The translations under genes were made by a program, and so were the position numbers. Below are positions 1 to 10,279 of a stretch of DNA of 64,000 nucleotides, piece by piece. The notes beneath the pieces are model-generated. The model saw only the letters and a list, made by a program, of their open reading frames with translations. It was not told the origin of the DNA and ran no database searches. This DNA comes from Desulfovibrionaceae bacterium (GTDB lineage Bacteria; Desulfobacterota; Desulfovibrionia; Desulfovibrionales; Desulfovibrionaceae): NCBI GenBank assembly GCA_015233395.1, contig JADFXV010000002.1, positions 8,425-72,424 of the forward strand. The letters run 5' to 3'. How positions within the stretch are numbered: position 1 is the stretch's first letter; every line of letters begins with the position of its first letter.

Positions 1-1630
1 AGGTGAGATGGCGCATCGAGGTGGCCAGCAGGTTCTCCATGCCTCTCGTGGCCGCCAGTTCGCGGCTGAGCGCGCTGATGGCCTCGGTCTGCCGGGCCAC
101 CCCCGTGGAGGCTTCGGCTTGGCGTTTGATCCGGTCGGCCATGCCGCTGAGCAGCATGGAGGCCAGAAACATGACCGCGAAGGTCAGGACGTGGCTCACG
201 TCGGTCACGGCGAAGCTGAATCTGGGCGGCACGAAGAAGAAATCGAAGCACAGGACGCTCGCCGCCGAGGCCGTGACCGCAGAGGCGCGCCCCAAGCGCA
301 CGGCCGCGGCCATGACCCCAAGCAGATAAACCATGACCAGGTTGGCCAGGTCGAAGAAGGGATACATGACGAAGCAAACGCCGGTGGCGGCGGCGGTCAC
401 CGCCAGGCCGGCGGCGATGCCGCTCCAGGCCACGGGCTCGGCCGCGACGGCCGTCCTGGCGGACTTTCCGGCGGGACCTTCTTCCCCCTTGATGACGTGG
501 ACATCGATCTCGCCGGAAAGGCGGATGATCTCGTCCACCGGACTGGGTATGAAATAATCGCGCAGACGCTTGCCGCGCAACGGCTTGCCGATGACGATCT
601 TGGAGACGTTTTGTTCCCTGGCGAAATCGACGATGGTTTTGGCCACCTTGACGCCGGAGAGCATATAGGTCTTGGCCCCGAGTTCCTTGGCCAACTCCAG
701 GTTGCGCAGTATCCGTTCGTGCTGCGTCCCGGTGACGCTGGCGTCGCGCGGGGATTCGATGGACACGGCCAGCCAGGGAATATTCTGGCCGGAGGCCAGG
801 CGTTTGGCGGACCGGATCAGCTTGGCCGAGGAGGGCGAGGGGCCGACGCAGACCATGATCCGTTCCGAAGTCGGCCACGTGGTCTCGATGGCCCTGCCCT
901 GGCGAAAGATCAAAACTTCGGTGTTGACCCGCTGGGCGGTGGTGCGCAAGGCCAGTTCGCGCAGGGCGATCAGGTTGCCCTCGCGGAAAAAGTTCCTGGC
1001 GGCCCGGTCGGCCTGCGCGGACAGGTACACCTTGCCGTCGGCCAAGCGCTGGCGCAGGTCCTCGGGCGGCAGATCGACCAGCACCACGGCTTCGGCCCGC
1101 TCCAGCACGGCGTCGGGCACGGTCTCGTGGACCTTGACCCCGGTGATCTGGGCGACCACGTCGTTTAGGCTTTCGACGTGCTGCACGTTGAGCGTGGTGA
1201 ACACGTCGATTCCGGCTTCCAGAACCTCCTCGACGTCCTGCCAGCGCTTGGCGTGACGGCTGCCCGGGGCGTTTTCGTGGGCCAGTTCGTCGATCAAAAC
1301 CAGCCCCGGCCGCCTGGCGACGGCGGCGTCCAGGTCGAATTCGGTCAAGGCGCGCCCTTTGTATTCCACCTTGCGCCGCTCAATGATCTCCATGCCGTAG
1401 AGCAGGGCGTCGGTTTCCTCTCGCCCGTGGGTTTCGACCAGGCCCACGACCACGTCCAGGCCCTCGGAGCGCTTGAGCCTAGCCGCGTCGAGCATAGCGT
1501 ACGTTTTGCCTACCCCGGGGCAGGCTCCGAGAAAAACTCGAAGTTTGCCCCGGGCCTGGCGGCGTTCCTCCTCGATGACAAGCTCCAGGAGCTTGTCCGG
1601 GTCGGGACGGGTGTCATCGTCGTCGCGCAT
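1..1630 (-). CDS. kdpD: Sensor histidine kinase KdpD, N-terminal part (3' end runs off the window)
   Basis: Absent from the ORF track because no stop lies in the window. My reverse-strand translation from ATG (cat 1628-1630) reads MRDDDDTRPDPDKLLELV..RGKLRVFLGACPGVGKTYAML..LIDELAHEN..FTTLNVQHVESLNDVV. This is followed by a USP-like region and TM helices. It lies directly downstream of kdpC. Confidence 0.85.
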   Translation of the reverse strand, partial: MRDDDDTRPDPDKLLELVIEEERRQARGKLRVFLGACPGVGKTYAMLDAARLKRSEGLDVVVGLVETHGREETDALLYGMEIIERRKVEYKGRALTEFDLDAAVARRPGLVLIDELAHENAPGSRHAKRWQDVEEVLEAGIDVFTTLNVQHVESLNDVVAQITGVKVHETVPDAVLERAEAVVLVDLPPEDLRQRLADGKVYLSAQADRAARNFFREGNLIALRELALRTTAQRVNTEVLIFRQGRAIETTWPTSERIMVCVGPSPSSAKLIRSAKRLASGQNIPWLAVSIESPRDASVTGTQHERILRNLELAKELGAKTYMLSGVKVAKTIVDFAREQNVSKIVIGKPLRGKRLRDYFIPSPVDEIIRLSGEIDVHVIKGEEGPAGKSARTAVAAEPVAWSGIAAGLAVTAAATGVCFVMYPFFDLANLVMVYLLGVMAAAVRLGRASAVTASAASVLCFDFFFVPPRFSFAVTDVSHVLTFAVMFLASMLLSGMADRIKRQAEASTGVARQTEAISALSRELAATRGMENLLATSMRHLT

Positions 1631-1639
1631 GGCGCCAGC

Positions 1640-2227
1640 TTACTTTTTCACGGCCAGCAAATCCAGAGCCATATTGAGGGCCAGCACGTTAACCCGGGGC
1701 TCGCCCAGAATGCCCAGTTGCCGCCCTTCGACTTTGGACAAAACCAGTCCCCGCACTGCTTCTTCGGGCAGCCCCCGCCCCGCGGCCACGCGGGGTGCCT
1801 GGGCCAGGGCCGCAGCCGGGGTGATGTGCGGATCGAGCCCGGAAGCCGAGGCCGTGACCATGTCCACGGGCGCCTGCGCGCCTCCGTTCGCCTTGCGGAA
1901 AGCCTGCGCCCGGTCCGCTGCCGATTTGAGCAGATCCTCGTTGGCCGGCCCGAGGTTCGAGCCGCCCGAGGAAGAGGCGTTGTAGGGGTTCGGCGAGGTC
2001 GCCGAAGGCCGGCTCCAGAAATAGCCGTCCCCGGAAAAGGGCTGGCCGATGAATTCGGACCCGACAATCACGCCGTCCTTTTCAATCAGGCTGCCTTCGG
2101 CCTGCCTGGGGAACAGAATATGGGCCAGGCCGGCGACCAAGCTCGGATACGCCAGGCCGGTCAGGACGGTCAGGACCAGAAGCATGACCACGGCCGGCCT
2201 GCATTGGGAAAGCGATGTCTTGAACAT
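1640..2227 (-). CDS. kdpC: Potassium-transporting ATPase subunit C
   Basis: 195 aa with an N-terminal TM helix. Motifs [40 protein letters not shown] are typical of KdpC. Sits between kdpB and kdpD. Confidence 0.9.
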   Translation of the reverse strand: MFKTSLSQCRPAVVMLLVLTVLTGLAYPSLVAGLAHILFPRQAEGSLIEKDGVIVGSEFIGQPFSGDGYFWSRPSATSPNPYNASSSGGSNLGPANEDLLKSAADRAQAFRKANGGAQAPVDMVTASASGLDPHITPAAALAQAPRVAAGRGLPEEAVRGLVLSKVEGRQLGILGEPRVNVLALNMALDLLAVKK

Positions 2228-2237
2228 GTTTGCCTCC

Positions 2238-4310
2238 TTAGGACAGCTTGGCGGCGACCAGCAGCATGTCGATGAGTTTGATGCCGGCGAACGGCACGGC
2301 CAGGCCGCCCAGACCGTAGATCAGCAGGTTGTCGCGCAGCACCCTGGCGGCGCCCAGCGGCCGGTAGCGAACGCCTCGCAGCGACAGGGGAATGAGGAAA
2401 ACGATCACCAGGGCGTTGAAAATGACCGCCGAGAGGATGGCCGATTGGGGCGTGGCCAGGCCCATGATGTTGAGCAGGCCGAGCTGCGGGTAAATTCCGA
2501 CAAAGGCGGCCGGGACAATGGCGAAATACTTGGCCACGTCGTTTGAGATGGAAAAGGTGGTCAGCGCGCCCCGGGTCATGAGCAGTTGCTTGCCGATGGC
2601 CACCACTTCCAGGAGTTTGGTCGGATTGGAATCGAGATCGACCATGTTCCCGGCTTCCTTGGCTGCCTGAGTGCCGGAATTCATGGCCACGCCGACGTCG
2701 GCCTGGGCCAGGGCCGGGGCGTCGTTGGTGCCGTCGCCGGTCATGGCCACCAGGCGCCCCTCGGCCTGGGTCTTGCGGATGAGCGAGAGTTTGTTCTCGG
2801 GAGTGGCCTCGGCCAGAAAGTCGTCGACCCCGGCTTCGGCGGCGATGGCGGCGGCGGTCAGGGGGTTGTCGCCGGTGACCATGACCGTCTTGATGCCCAT
2901 GGCCCGCAGTTCGGCGAAGCGCTCCTTGATGCCGCCCTTGACGATGTCTTTGAGCCACACCACCCCGAGCACGCGGTTGTTTTGCGCCACCAGAAGCGGC
3001 GTGCCGCCGGATTCGGCGACGGTGCGGATGTCTTGTTCGACCTCGGCCGGCAACTGCGTCCCCTGCTCGGCCAAAAACTTGCGGATGGCGTCGGGCGCGC
3101 CCTTGCGGATCACGCGCTGCGGCAGGTTCACTCCGGAAATCCGGGTCTGGGCGGTAAAAGGCACGAATGAGGCTTCCAGGGCGCTCATGTCGCGGCCCCG
3201 GATGTCGAAACGCTCCTTGGCCAAAACGACGATGGAACGGCCTTCGGGGGTTTCGTCGGCCAGCGAGGCCAGTTGGGCGGTGTCGGCCAATTCTTTTTCA
3301 TCGACCCCGGGCGCGGGCAAAAAGGCGTCCGCCTGGCGATTGCCGAGCGTAATGGTGCCGGTTTTATCCAGGAGCAACACGTCCACGTCGCCGGCGGCTT
3401 CAACGGCCCGGCCCGAGGTGGCGATGACTCCGGCCTGGATCAGGCGGTCCATGCCGGCGATGCCGATGGAGGAGAGCAGTCCGCCGATGGTGGTCGGGGC
3501 CAGGCAGACGAAGAGCGCGGCCAGAACCGTGATGGTCACGGCCTCGCCCTTGCCCGCCTGCTCCACGGCGAAGGCGCTCATGGGCAAGAGGGCGGCGCAA
3601 ACCACCAAAAAGATGAGGGTGAGCGCTGCAAGCAGGATGTTCAAGGCGATTTCGTTCGGGGTCTTGCGGCGCTTGGCGCCTTCCACGAGCGCGATCATGC
3701 GGTCGAGGAAGGTCTCGCCCGGATCGGCGGCCACCCGGACCACCAGCCAGTCCGAGAGCAGCCTCGTGCCGCCGGTGACGGCGCTGCGGTCGCCTCCGGC
3801 CTCGCGGATGACGGGCGCGGATTCGCCGGTGATGGCCGATTCGTCGACCGAAGCCACCCCTTCCACGATCTCGCCGTCGCAGGGGATGAAGTCCAGGGCC
3901 TCGATCAGGACGAAATGGCCCTTGCGCAGGGTGGTCGAGGAGACCATCTCGATTTTTCCCTCGCTGCTCGGCCTGTCGAGCAGCCTGGCCTGGGTGTCGT
4001 GGCGGGCCTGGCGTAGGGAAGCCGCCTGGGCCTTGCCCCGGCCCTCGGCCATGGCTTCGGCGAAGTTGGCGAACAAGACGGTGAACCACAGCCAGAGGCT
4101 GATGGCGGCGATGAATCCGGCCGGGGCTTCGCCGTGGCCGGCAAGCGCCTGGACGAAAAGCGCCGTTGTCAGGATCGAGCCCACGTACACCGTAAACATG
4201 ACCGGATTGCGCAGCTGGTTTTGCGGCGCGAGTTTGGCGAAGGAGTCTATGACCGCCTGCTTGACCAAGGGCGGGTCGAACAGCGGCCGGGCTTTGCGTT
4301 TGGTGCTCAT
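2238..4310 (-). CDS. kdpB: Potassium-transporting P-type ATPase subunit B
   Basis: P-type ATPase motifs [17 protein letters not shown] and [17 protein letters not shown]. The ORF-track entry 2238..4928 carries an Arg/Gly-rich 5' extension that overlaps kdpA. I trimmed it to ATG at 4308-4310 ([18 protein letters not shown]). Confidence 0.93.
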   Translation of the reverse strand: MSTKRKARPLFDPPLVKQAVIDSFAKLAPQNQLRNPVMFTVYVGSILTTALFVQALAGHGEAPAGFIAAISLWLWFTVLFANFAEAMAEGRGKAQAASLRQARHDTQARLLDRPSSEGKIEMVSSTTLRKGHFVLIEALDFIPCDGEIVEGVASVDESAITGESAPVIREAGGDRSAVTGGTRLLSDWLVVRVAADPGETFLDRMIALVEGAKRRKTPNEIALNILLAALTLIFLVVCAALLPMSAFAVEQAGKGEAVTITVLAALFVCLAPTTIGGLLSSIGIAGMDRLIQAGVIATSGRAVEAAGDVDVLLLDKTGTITLGNRQADAFLPAPGVDEKELADTAQLASLADETPEGRSIVVLAKERFDIRGRDMSALEASFVPFTAQTRISGVNLPQRVIRKGAPDAIRKFLAEQGTQLPAEVEQDIRTVAESGGTPLLVAQNNRVLGVVWLKDIVKGGIKERFAELRAMGIKTVMVTGDNPLTAAAIAAEAGVDDFLAEATPENKLSLIRKTQAEGRLVAMTGDGTNDAPALAQADVGVAMNSGTQAAKEAGNMVDLDSNPTKLLEVVAIGKQLLMTRGALTTFSISNDVAKYFAIVPAAFVGIYPQLGLLNIMGLATPQSAILSAVIFNALVIVFLIPLSLRGVRYRPLGAARVLRDNLLIYGLGGLAVPFAGIKLIDMLLVAAKLS

Positions 4311-4336
4311 AATATTTTCTCTCTTTTTCGCGCGGG

Positions 4337-6145
4337 TTAACGCAGCAGAGCCAGGTGTTCGGCGATCGGACCGAGCGCCAGGGCCGGAAAGAAGGTCAGC
4401 GCCCCGACCACGGCCACGACGCTGACGAGCAGGGCGATGAACAGCGGCGTGTGGGTGGGCAGGGTGCCTTCGCCTTGGGGCACGATCTTCTTGGCCGCAA
4501 GCGACCCGGCGATGGCCAGGGTCGGCACTGCCAGCCAGAAGCGGCCGGCGAACATGGCCAGGGCGCCGACAAGGTTGTAGAACAGCGTATTGCCCGAGAG
4601 CCCGGCAAAGGCGCTGCCGTTGTTGTTGGCCATGGAAGAAAAGGCGTAGAGGATTTCCGAGAATCCGTGCGCCCCGGGGTTGCCTATGGCGGTCTTGGCT
4701 TGCGTGGCCACGGCCGCGGCCGTGCCCAGCAGGGCCAAGAAGGGCGGAATCAAGATGACCAGCGAGGCCATCTTGGTCTCGAAGGGTTCGATTTTCTTGC
4801 CCAGATACTCGGGCGTGCGCCCGACCATGAGCCCGGCCACGAACACGGCCACGATGGCGAACACGATCATGCCGTACAGGCCGCTGCCCACGCCGCCGAA
4901 GATCACTTCGCCCAACTGGATCAGCCACATCGGAATCAGACCGCCGAGCGGCGTGAAGGAATCGTGCATGGAGTTGACCGCGCCGCAGGACGTGGCCGTG
5001 GTGACGGAGGCGAACAAGGCGGAATCGACCACCCCGAAGCGCGCCTCCTTGCCTTCCATGTTGCCGCCGGCCTGGGCGGCGGCGCCCTCGGCCGCCTGCT
5101 GGTCCACTCCCAGGGCGGTGAATTGCGGATTGCCGCCTTGCTCGGCGAAAACGCAGACCACCAAAAGAACGAGCAGGACCGAGCCCATGGCCGCAAGCAG
5201 GCTGCGCCCCTGGCGCTTATCCCCGACCATGGCGCCGTAGGTGAAAAGCAGTCCGACCGGGATGACCAGGATGGCCAACATGTTCAGGAAATTACTCAGC
5301 GGCGTGGGGTTTTCAAAGGGATGGGAGGCGTTGGCGTTGAAAAAGCCGCCGCCGTTGGTGCCCAAGGTCATGATAGCCTGCTGGGAAGCCACCGGACCAA
5401 GCGAGATGACCTGTTCGGTCATGGTCGCCGGTTCGGTCGTGGGCTTGCCGTCCGCATCCTTGACCGGCTGCCCGTCCGCGTCGGTCACCGGATTGTCGTA
5501 GGCCGCCGGCTCCAGGATGGTCGCCTTGGCGGCCTTCGCGAACGTCTGCGGCGCGCCCTGCCAGACCAAGGCCAGGGCCAGTACGCAGGACAAGGGCAAA
5601 AGCAGGTACAGGACGCCGCGCAGCAGATCGACCCAAAAATTTCCCAGGTTGGCGGTCTGCCGGCGGGTCAGGCCGCGGATCAGGGCCAGAAGCACGCAAA
5701 TGCCCACGGCCGGGGAGATGAAATTATGCACCGCAAGACCCATCATCTGGGTCAGATAGCTCATGGTGCTTTCACCGGCGTAGTTCTGCCAGTTGGTGTT
5801 GGTGGAAAAGCTCACGGCCGTGTTCAGGGCCAGGTCCGGGGCCACGGCCGGAAGGCCGTCGGGATTGAGCGGCAATACCGCCTGGAAGCGTTGTTGCAGG
5901 TAGAGCAGCACGATGCCGGCGGCGGAGAAAACCAGCAAGGCCAGGGCATAGGTCTTCCAGTCCATTTCCCGTTCCGGGTCGATGCCGCAGATCCTGTAGA
6001 TCAGGCGCTCGACCGGCCCGAGCACCCGGTTGAGCCCGCAGGGCTTGCCTTCGAAAACCCGGGCCATGTACGCTCCGAGCGGCCAGGACAAGGCGAGCAG
6101 AGCCGCCATATAAGCGATTATCTGAATGATGGCGTTGGTTGTCAT
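4337..6145 (-). CDS. kdpA: Potassium-transporting ATPase subunit A
   Basis: 602-aa polytopic membrane protein starting [31 protein letters not shown]. Sits upstream of kdpB. Its start overlaps the kdpF stop. Confidence 0.9.
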   Translation of the reverse strand: MTTNAIIQIIAYMAALLALSWPLGAYMARVFEGKPCGLNRVLGPVERLIYRICGIDPEREMDWKTYALALLVFSAAGIVLLYLQQRFQAVLPLNPDGLPAVAPDLALNTAVSFSTNTNWQNYAGESTMSYLTQMMGLAVHNFISPAVGICVLLALIRGLTRRQTANLGNFWVDLLRGVLYLLLPLSCVLALALVWQGAPQTFAKAAKATILEPAAYDNPVTDADGQPVKDADGKPTTEPATMTEQVISLGPVASQQAIMTLGTNGGGFFNANASHPFENPTPLSNFLNMLAILVIPVGLLFTYGAMVGDKRQGRSLLAAMGSVLLVLLVVCVFAEQGGNPQFTALGVDQQAAEGAAAQAGGNMEGKEARFGVVDSALFASVTTATSCGAVNSMHDSFTPLGGLIPMWLIQLGEVIFGGVGSGLYGMIVFAIVAVFVAGLMVGRTPEYLGKKIEPFETKMASLVILIPPFLALLGTAAAVATQAKTAIGNPGAHGFSEILYAFSSMANNNGSAFAGLSGNTLFYNLVGALAMFAGRFWLAVPTLAIAGSLAAKKIVPQGEGTLPTHTPLFIALLVSVVAVVGALTFFPALALGPIAEHLALLR

Positions 6146-6225
6146 TCGAATATCTCCGGTTTGAGCAGGGCGACGACCAGGTAGACGAACAGGCCCGCAG
6201 CCAGGATGAGACTGACGATGGTCAT
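6142..6225 (-). CDS. kdpF: Potassium-transporting ATPase subunit F (27-aa TM peptide)
   Basis: My translation is [27 protein letters not shown]. Its TGA overlaps the kdpA ATG (ATGA at 6142-6145). A GGAGGA Shine-Dalgarno lies upstream. Too short to appear in the ORF track. Confidence 0.75.
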   Translation of the reverse strand: MTIVSLILAAGLFVYLVVALLKPEIFE

Positions 6226-6229
6226 GGCG

Positions 6230-6319
6230 TTATCCTCCCAGATGGTCGAAAAAAGCGGCTGCGGCCGCGGTGGCGACCGTGGCGGCGACGGTTAAAAAGA
6301 TATACAGAATGTCGATCAT
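6230..6319 (-). CDS. Putative 29-aa hydrophobic peptide upstream of kdpF
   Basis: My translation is MIDILYIFLTVAATVATAAAAAFFDHLGG. AAAGGAG lies 9 nt upstream of the ATG (cat 6317-6319). The 3' end (GGAGGATAA) supplies the kdpF Shine-Dalgarno. No family recognised. Confidence 0.4.
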   Translation of the reverse strand: MIDILYIFLTVAATVATAAAAAFFDHLGG

Positions 6320-6445
6320 GTCCCGGGTCTCCTTTGGCGGCGAAGATTGAGCCGCAGGGTCGAGATATCTCCTTTTGTGTCGGGATGGCGTAAAAAAGAA
6401 GGGGAGGGGCGTAAAAAAAAGGTTAAGAAATGATTGGGTAAGCGG

Positions 6446-9025
6446 TCAGGATTTATTGAACGTGTAATTGCCTTTGAAGAATTCCTCGACGTACCAGTCT
6501 ATTTGGCTGTCGTCGGCAATGGCCATGTCGAGCAGTCGGACCGAGCCGAGCAGCCTGCCCAGATGGTCGAGCTTGTCGCAGATGATTTCGGGCTTGCCTT
6601 CCTTGAGTTCGCCCCGGATCATGTCGCCACGCAGCTCCACGCGCAGGCCGAGGCGTTCCAGAATGCGGGCGATGAGTTTGGCCCGCCGTCCGCGCCGTTC
6701 CATATCGGCCGCTCCGCCCTTGAAGGAAAAGGCGATGTAGTTCTCGTCCAGGCTCTCGCCGAGGTAGCTGTCCACCACGGCGAAATGATAGCCGAGCCGG
6801 GCGTTGAAATTGAGGTAATCCTTGGAAATGACGGCGTAGTTCGGTCCGCCGAAGCGGCCTTCGACAGTCGGATCGTTGAGCACGGATTGGGCCATGAGCG
6901 CGGCCAGCCCGCCCATGTTCATGCCGACGGCCCCGGTCCAGACGACGTCCTTGTGGGTCATGCCCCGGATCAGGGAGGCGAACGGCCGCGAGGCCACATG
7001 TTCGGTCAGGGCCAGATTTTTTCCGGGTTCGAGCGAAAGGCCTCCGCCCATATCCACGCAATAGATGATCATCGGCAGCCGCACCCGCAAGCGTACGGCG
7101 CCTCTTTCCTCCTCGTCCTCCACATACTCGCCGATGCGAAACATCTCGTGCATGGAGATTTCGTGGGCCAGCCGGATGACGTCGTGCAAGGTCCTGCAGC
7201 CCTGAGGGGTAAAATTGTCGCCGTGGGGGTTGGTGAGAGTCAACGGGGCGATCTTGGCCATGGCTTCGCGGGCGAGCTTGTAGACCGGGCTGCCGGCCAT
7301 GGGATTGGACTTTTTCTTGAGTTGCAACAGGGATTCGACCCGGCCCCGGTAGATCCGCCTTCGCACCGTGTCGATGGTGATTTCCGCACCGTCCGGAATG
7401 GCCGAGGTGGCGTTTTCCGTGGCCACCAGCGTAGGCAATTCGAATTCCCTGGCCACGGCGGCCATGTGGCCGGTGACGCTGCCGAGATCGGTGACGATGC
7501 CCCGAAGCCGGCCCATGATCGCGACATAGGCCGGAGAGGTCTGCGGCGCGATGAGGACGACGCCTTCGGGCACGCACGAGAGTCCTTCATCGGAGAAAAT
7601 CCGCAAAGCCAGGCCGCTGGCCACTCCGGGAGAGGCGCAATGGCCGCCCTCAAGCAGAACCGGATGCAGCCCCGCATCCGGTTCTGCAACCGGCTCAAGC
7701 CGCTCGCCGGCCTCCTCGCTTGCGACCATGGGATTGAGCGGTCTGGCCTGGAGGATGAGCAGGCGGCCGCCCTTGTCCTTGGCCCATTCGATGTCGAGAG
7801 TTTGGCCGTAATGGCCTTCCAGGCGTTTGCCGTAGTCCGCGAGTTCGGCGATCTCTGCGTCGCTCAGGCACGGCGCAAGGCGCAGCTCTTCCGGCACGGC
7901 TTCGGTGACCAGTCCGCCCGCGGCGGCCATGACGACCCGCGTGACCTTTTTGGCGATCTCTTTGCCCACATTCCCCGAGGATTTGTCCAGGCGATACATG
8001 TCGACCGAGGCCGAGCCGTCCACAACGCTCACCCCCAGTCCCCAGGCGGCGCTGATGATGATTTCGTTCGCCGCGCGTCCGGTGGGATCGCCGGTGTACA
8101 TGACGCCGCTGGCGGCGGCGTCGACCATGGCCAGGCACAAAACGCTCATGACGATGTCGTCTTCCGAATAGCCCTTCGTACGACGATAGAAAATGGCCCG
8201 GGGGGTGAAAGTGGAGGCCACGACCTCCTTGTAGGCGTCCAGGATGTTTTCCGTGGAGACGTTGAGAACCGAGGAATATTGGCCGGCGAAGGAGGACTCG
8301 GAATCTTCGCAGGTGGCGCTGCTTCTGACAGACAGGCGCGGGTCCGGGCCGAGCCGGCTCTCCAGGCCCGCAGCGACGGCGCTTATGGCCGCTTTGAGCT
8401 CTTCCGGAGGATCGGCGCCCTGGATCAGGCCCCGGATCTCGGCGCTCAGCTCTTCCAAGGCCAGGGTGTCGTCGATGTCGATGGCCCCGATGCGCGAGGC
8501 AAGCGTTTCCAGTAAATCGCAGTGCTTCAAAAATTCGCGGCAGGCGTAGGCCGTAACGGCAAAACCCGGAGACACGGGCAAGCACGCGCGGTTGCATATT
8601 TCGCCGTAATTTGCGGCCTTGCCGCCGACATCGTCCAACCGGTCGCGGCTGAGTTGCTCAAGGGGAAGGACCAGTTCGGTTCGTTCAAACTCCTTGCGGC
8701 GCGAGAGCTCCCTCAGAATGTCCGCGCCGATGCGCCCCGTGATCTCGTGGAGTTCCTGGTATTTCCCGCCGCACAGGCTGTTGAGGGAGGTAACGATGTC
8801 GCCGACCGACCGGGTGAGGGTATGGACGTGGGCGACGACCATCTCCAGAGTGAAGGGCCTGTTTTCGCGCAGCAACATCTCCATTTCGGAAAGAGCGGTC
8901 AGGGAGCCGGTATTGTGGGCCAAAAGACTGCGGTAGGCGTTGTATTTGCGCTGCAGGACGTTTTCTTGAGGCGCGTGGCGCCGCATGCGGATTGCACTCA
9001 GAAGATTCCGGCAAAAACCCCTCAT
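6446..9025 (-). CDS. PEP-utilising (pyruvate,water dikinase-like) enzyme with non-canonical N- and C-terminal regions
   Basis: 859 aa. The ATP-grasp PEP/pyruvate-binding region contains GGKAANYGEI. The swivel phosphohistidine motif is TDLGSVTGHMAAVAREFELPT. The last roughly 300 aa do not show the TIM-barrel PEP-utilizers_C signature. GAGGA Shine-Dalgarno before ATG 9025. Confidence 0.8.
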   Translation of the reverse strand: MRGFCRNLLSAIRMRRHAPQENVLQRKYNAYRSLLAHNTGSLTALSEMEMLLRENRPFTLEMVVAHVHTLTRSVGDIVTSLNSLCGGKYQELHEITGRIGADILRELSRRKEFERTELVLPLEQLSRDRLDDVGGKAANYGEICNRACLPVSPGFAVTAYACREFLKHCDLLETLASRIGAIDIDDTLALEELSAEIRGLIQGADPPEELKAAISAVAAGLESRLGPDPRLSVRSSATCEDSESSFAGQYSSVLNVSTENILDAYKEVVASTFTPRAIFYRRTKGYSEDDIVMSVLCLAMVDAAASGVMYTGDPTGRAANEIIISAAWGLGVSVVDGSASVDMYRLDKSSGNVGKEIAKKVTRVVMAAAGGLVTEAVPEELRLAPCLSDAEIAELADYGKRLEGHYGQTLDIEWAKDKGGRLLILQARPLNPMVASEEAGERLEPVAEPDAGLHPVLLEGGHCASPGVASGLALRIFSDEGLSCVPEGVVLIAPQTSPAYVAIMGRLRGIVTDLGSVTGHMAAVAREFELPTLVATENATSAIPDGAEITIDTVRRRIYRGRVESLLQLKKKSNPMAGSPVYKLAREAMAKIAPLTLTNPHGDNFTPQGCRTLHDVIRLAHEISMHEMFRIGEYVEDEEERGAVRLRVRLPMIIYCVDMGGGLSLEPGKNLALTEHVASRPFASLIRGMTHKDVVWTGAVGMNMGGLAALMAQSVLNDPTVEGRFGGPNYAVISKDYLNFNARLGYHFAVVDSYLGESLDENYIAFSFKGGAADMERRGRRAKLIARILERLGLRVELRGDMIRGELKEGKPEIICDKLDHLGRLLGSVRLLDMAIADDSQIDWYVEEFFKGNYTFNKS

Positions 9026-9169
9026 GGGTCATCCTCGCTCTGTTTTGCGAGACGCCGTTTTCGGGTCAATTCAGGTCTGCATGCATCGTAACGACCGGGC
9101 AGGGAACACGGACGGCTTCGCCCGGCTGCCGAGACGTTACGGCTTGCGTTCGCCGCATTGCCCGCATGA

Positions 9170-9198
9170 CTTATAAATATTCACAAAATTACCTTCAA
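9170..9198 (-). promoter_or_regulatory. Putative sigma70-type promoter for the PEP-utilising enzyme gene
   Basis: Reverse strand reads TTGAAG-17 nt-TATAAG, with -35 at 9193-9198 and -10 at 9170-9175. It lies in an AT-rich patch about 140 nt upstream of the start. Confidence 0.35.
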
Positions 9199-9379
9199 AA
9201 GTCCATCTTTTTTATCCGCGCCCCGGAGGGCAGGCAATGTCATGGCTCGCCGCCTGGCCTAAGACATCGATTGTTTGCCTGTCCCCGGCAAAAGCAGGCC
9301 ATGGCCCGGCAAGCCCCCCGTTCTAGTTGACAAGCATCCCGTCTTATTCTTTAAGCAGGGCCATGAGAGGGATGGCAAT

Positions 9380-10246
9380 ATGAGAATGGAAAGCCTGGAA
9401 GGGTTATTTCTCGAATTGTTTCAAGACAAGAGACGAGACAAACAACCGGCAGCCTGGGCGGGAATTGCGTTTGCCGCCATTGTTGTTTTGGGGTTCATGG
9501 ATTATTTTACCGGGAACCAATTCCATTTTCTCGTTTTTTACCTCGCCCCGATCTTGGCCGCCACGTTGCGATCGGGGAAATTGTATGGATATGCGCTGTC
9601 GGTCGTTGCGGCGGCCGCCAGCGAGACGGCGTTCCTTTTGGCTGTCCGCCAAGACGTTTTAACGGCGACTACGTGCTGGAACATCCTCGCTCAAAGCGTA
9701 CTTTTCATGCTGTTCGTCTTGCTGGCCCACACCGTCAAGACCTATCAACGGCACGAAAAAAACGCCTCGCGCGAAGACGGCCTGACCGGGATGCTCAACG
9801 CCAGGGCGCTCGGAGAGGTTCTGGCCAAAGAAATCGAACGCAGCCGCAGGTTTGCCCATCCTCTCTCCGTCGCCCACATCGCCTGTGAAAATTTTGGACA
9901 GGTCAGCGGAAAAATCGGCGCGGCCCTTGCCGACGGCGTCTTGCGCCTGGTGGCGGAATGCATGCGAGCCGCCTTGCGCGGCACCGACGCCGTGGCCCGG
10001 GCCTACGACGACGAGTTTGTCGCGGTGCTGGCCGAAACCGACGAAAAGGCCGCCCTGCTGGCCATGGAAAAGCTCGAATCGAGGCTTCGGGACGTGGTCT
10101 CCCAGCATTATCCGGAACTGATCTTTTCCATCGGCGTCATCAGCTTCGCCACGTGCCGGTTTACCCAGCAGGAGGTCCTGGACATGGCCGAGATGGCCCT
10201 GTACGAGGCGCGCAGGCTGGGCAGGATCGCCTGCGTCTCCAAATGA
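9380..10246 (+). CDS. Membrane-anchored GGDEF-domain protein with degenerate active site (YDDEF)
   Basis: N-terminal TM helices are followed by EDGLTGMLNARAL..RGTDAVARAYDDEFVAVLAETD. An RxxD I-site motif (RGTD) sits 5 residues before the degenerate A-site. I chose ATG 9380 (preceded by GAGAGGGA) rather than ORF-track 9275. Confidence 0.75.
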   Translation: MRMESLEGLFLELFQDKRRDKQPAAWAGIAFAAIVVLGFMDYFTGNQFHFLVFYLAPILAATLRSGKLYGYALSVVAAAASETAFLLAVRQDVLTATTCWNILAQSVLFMLFVLLAHTVKTYQRHEKNASREDGLTGMLNARALGEVLAKEIERSRRFAHPLSVAHIACENFGQVSGKIGAALADGVLRLVAECMRAALRGTDAVARAYDDEFVAVLAETDEKAALLAMEKLESRLRDVVSQHYPELIFSIGVISFATCRFTQQEVLDMAEMALYEARRLGRIACVSK

Positions 10247-10279
10247 CCCTCCGGCTTCCATGCCCGCCGCGGCCACGAA

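Noticed and set aside
8-2275. Long plus-strand ORFs (8..1168, 672..1256, 1178..2275) across the left end
   Set aside because: They are Arg/Gly/Ala/Pro-rich shadow frames opposite a clean kdpD reading frame on the minus strand. Such frames are typical high-G+C artefacts.
4355-8515. Antisense ORFs of 600-700 aa (4355..6184 and 6434..8515)
   Set aside because: They lie opposite kdpA and the PEP-utilising enzyme gene, which both have strong family motifs. Their composition is low-complexity (G/R/H/D-rich) with no motifs.
9200-9379. c-di-GMP (GEMM) riboswitch upstream of the GGDEF gene
   Set aside because: The only hit is a vague GGCAAAAGC resemblance. The paired P1/P2 architecture and conserved tetraloop-receptor features are not visible.
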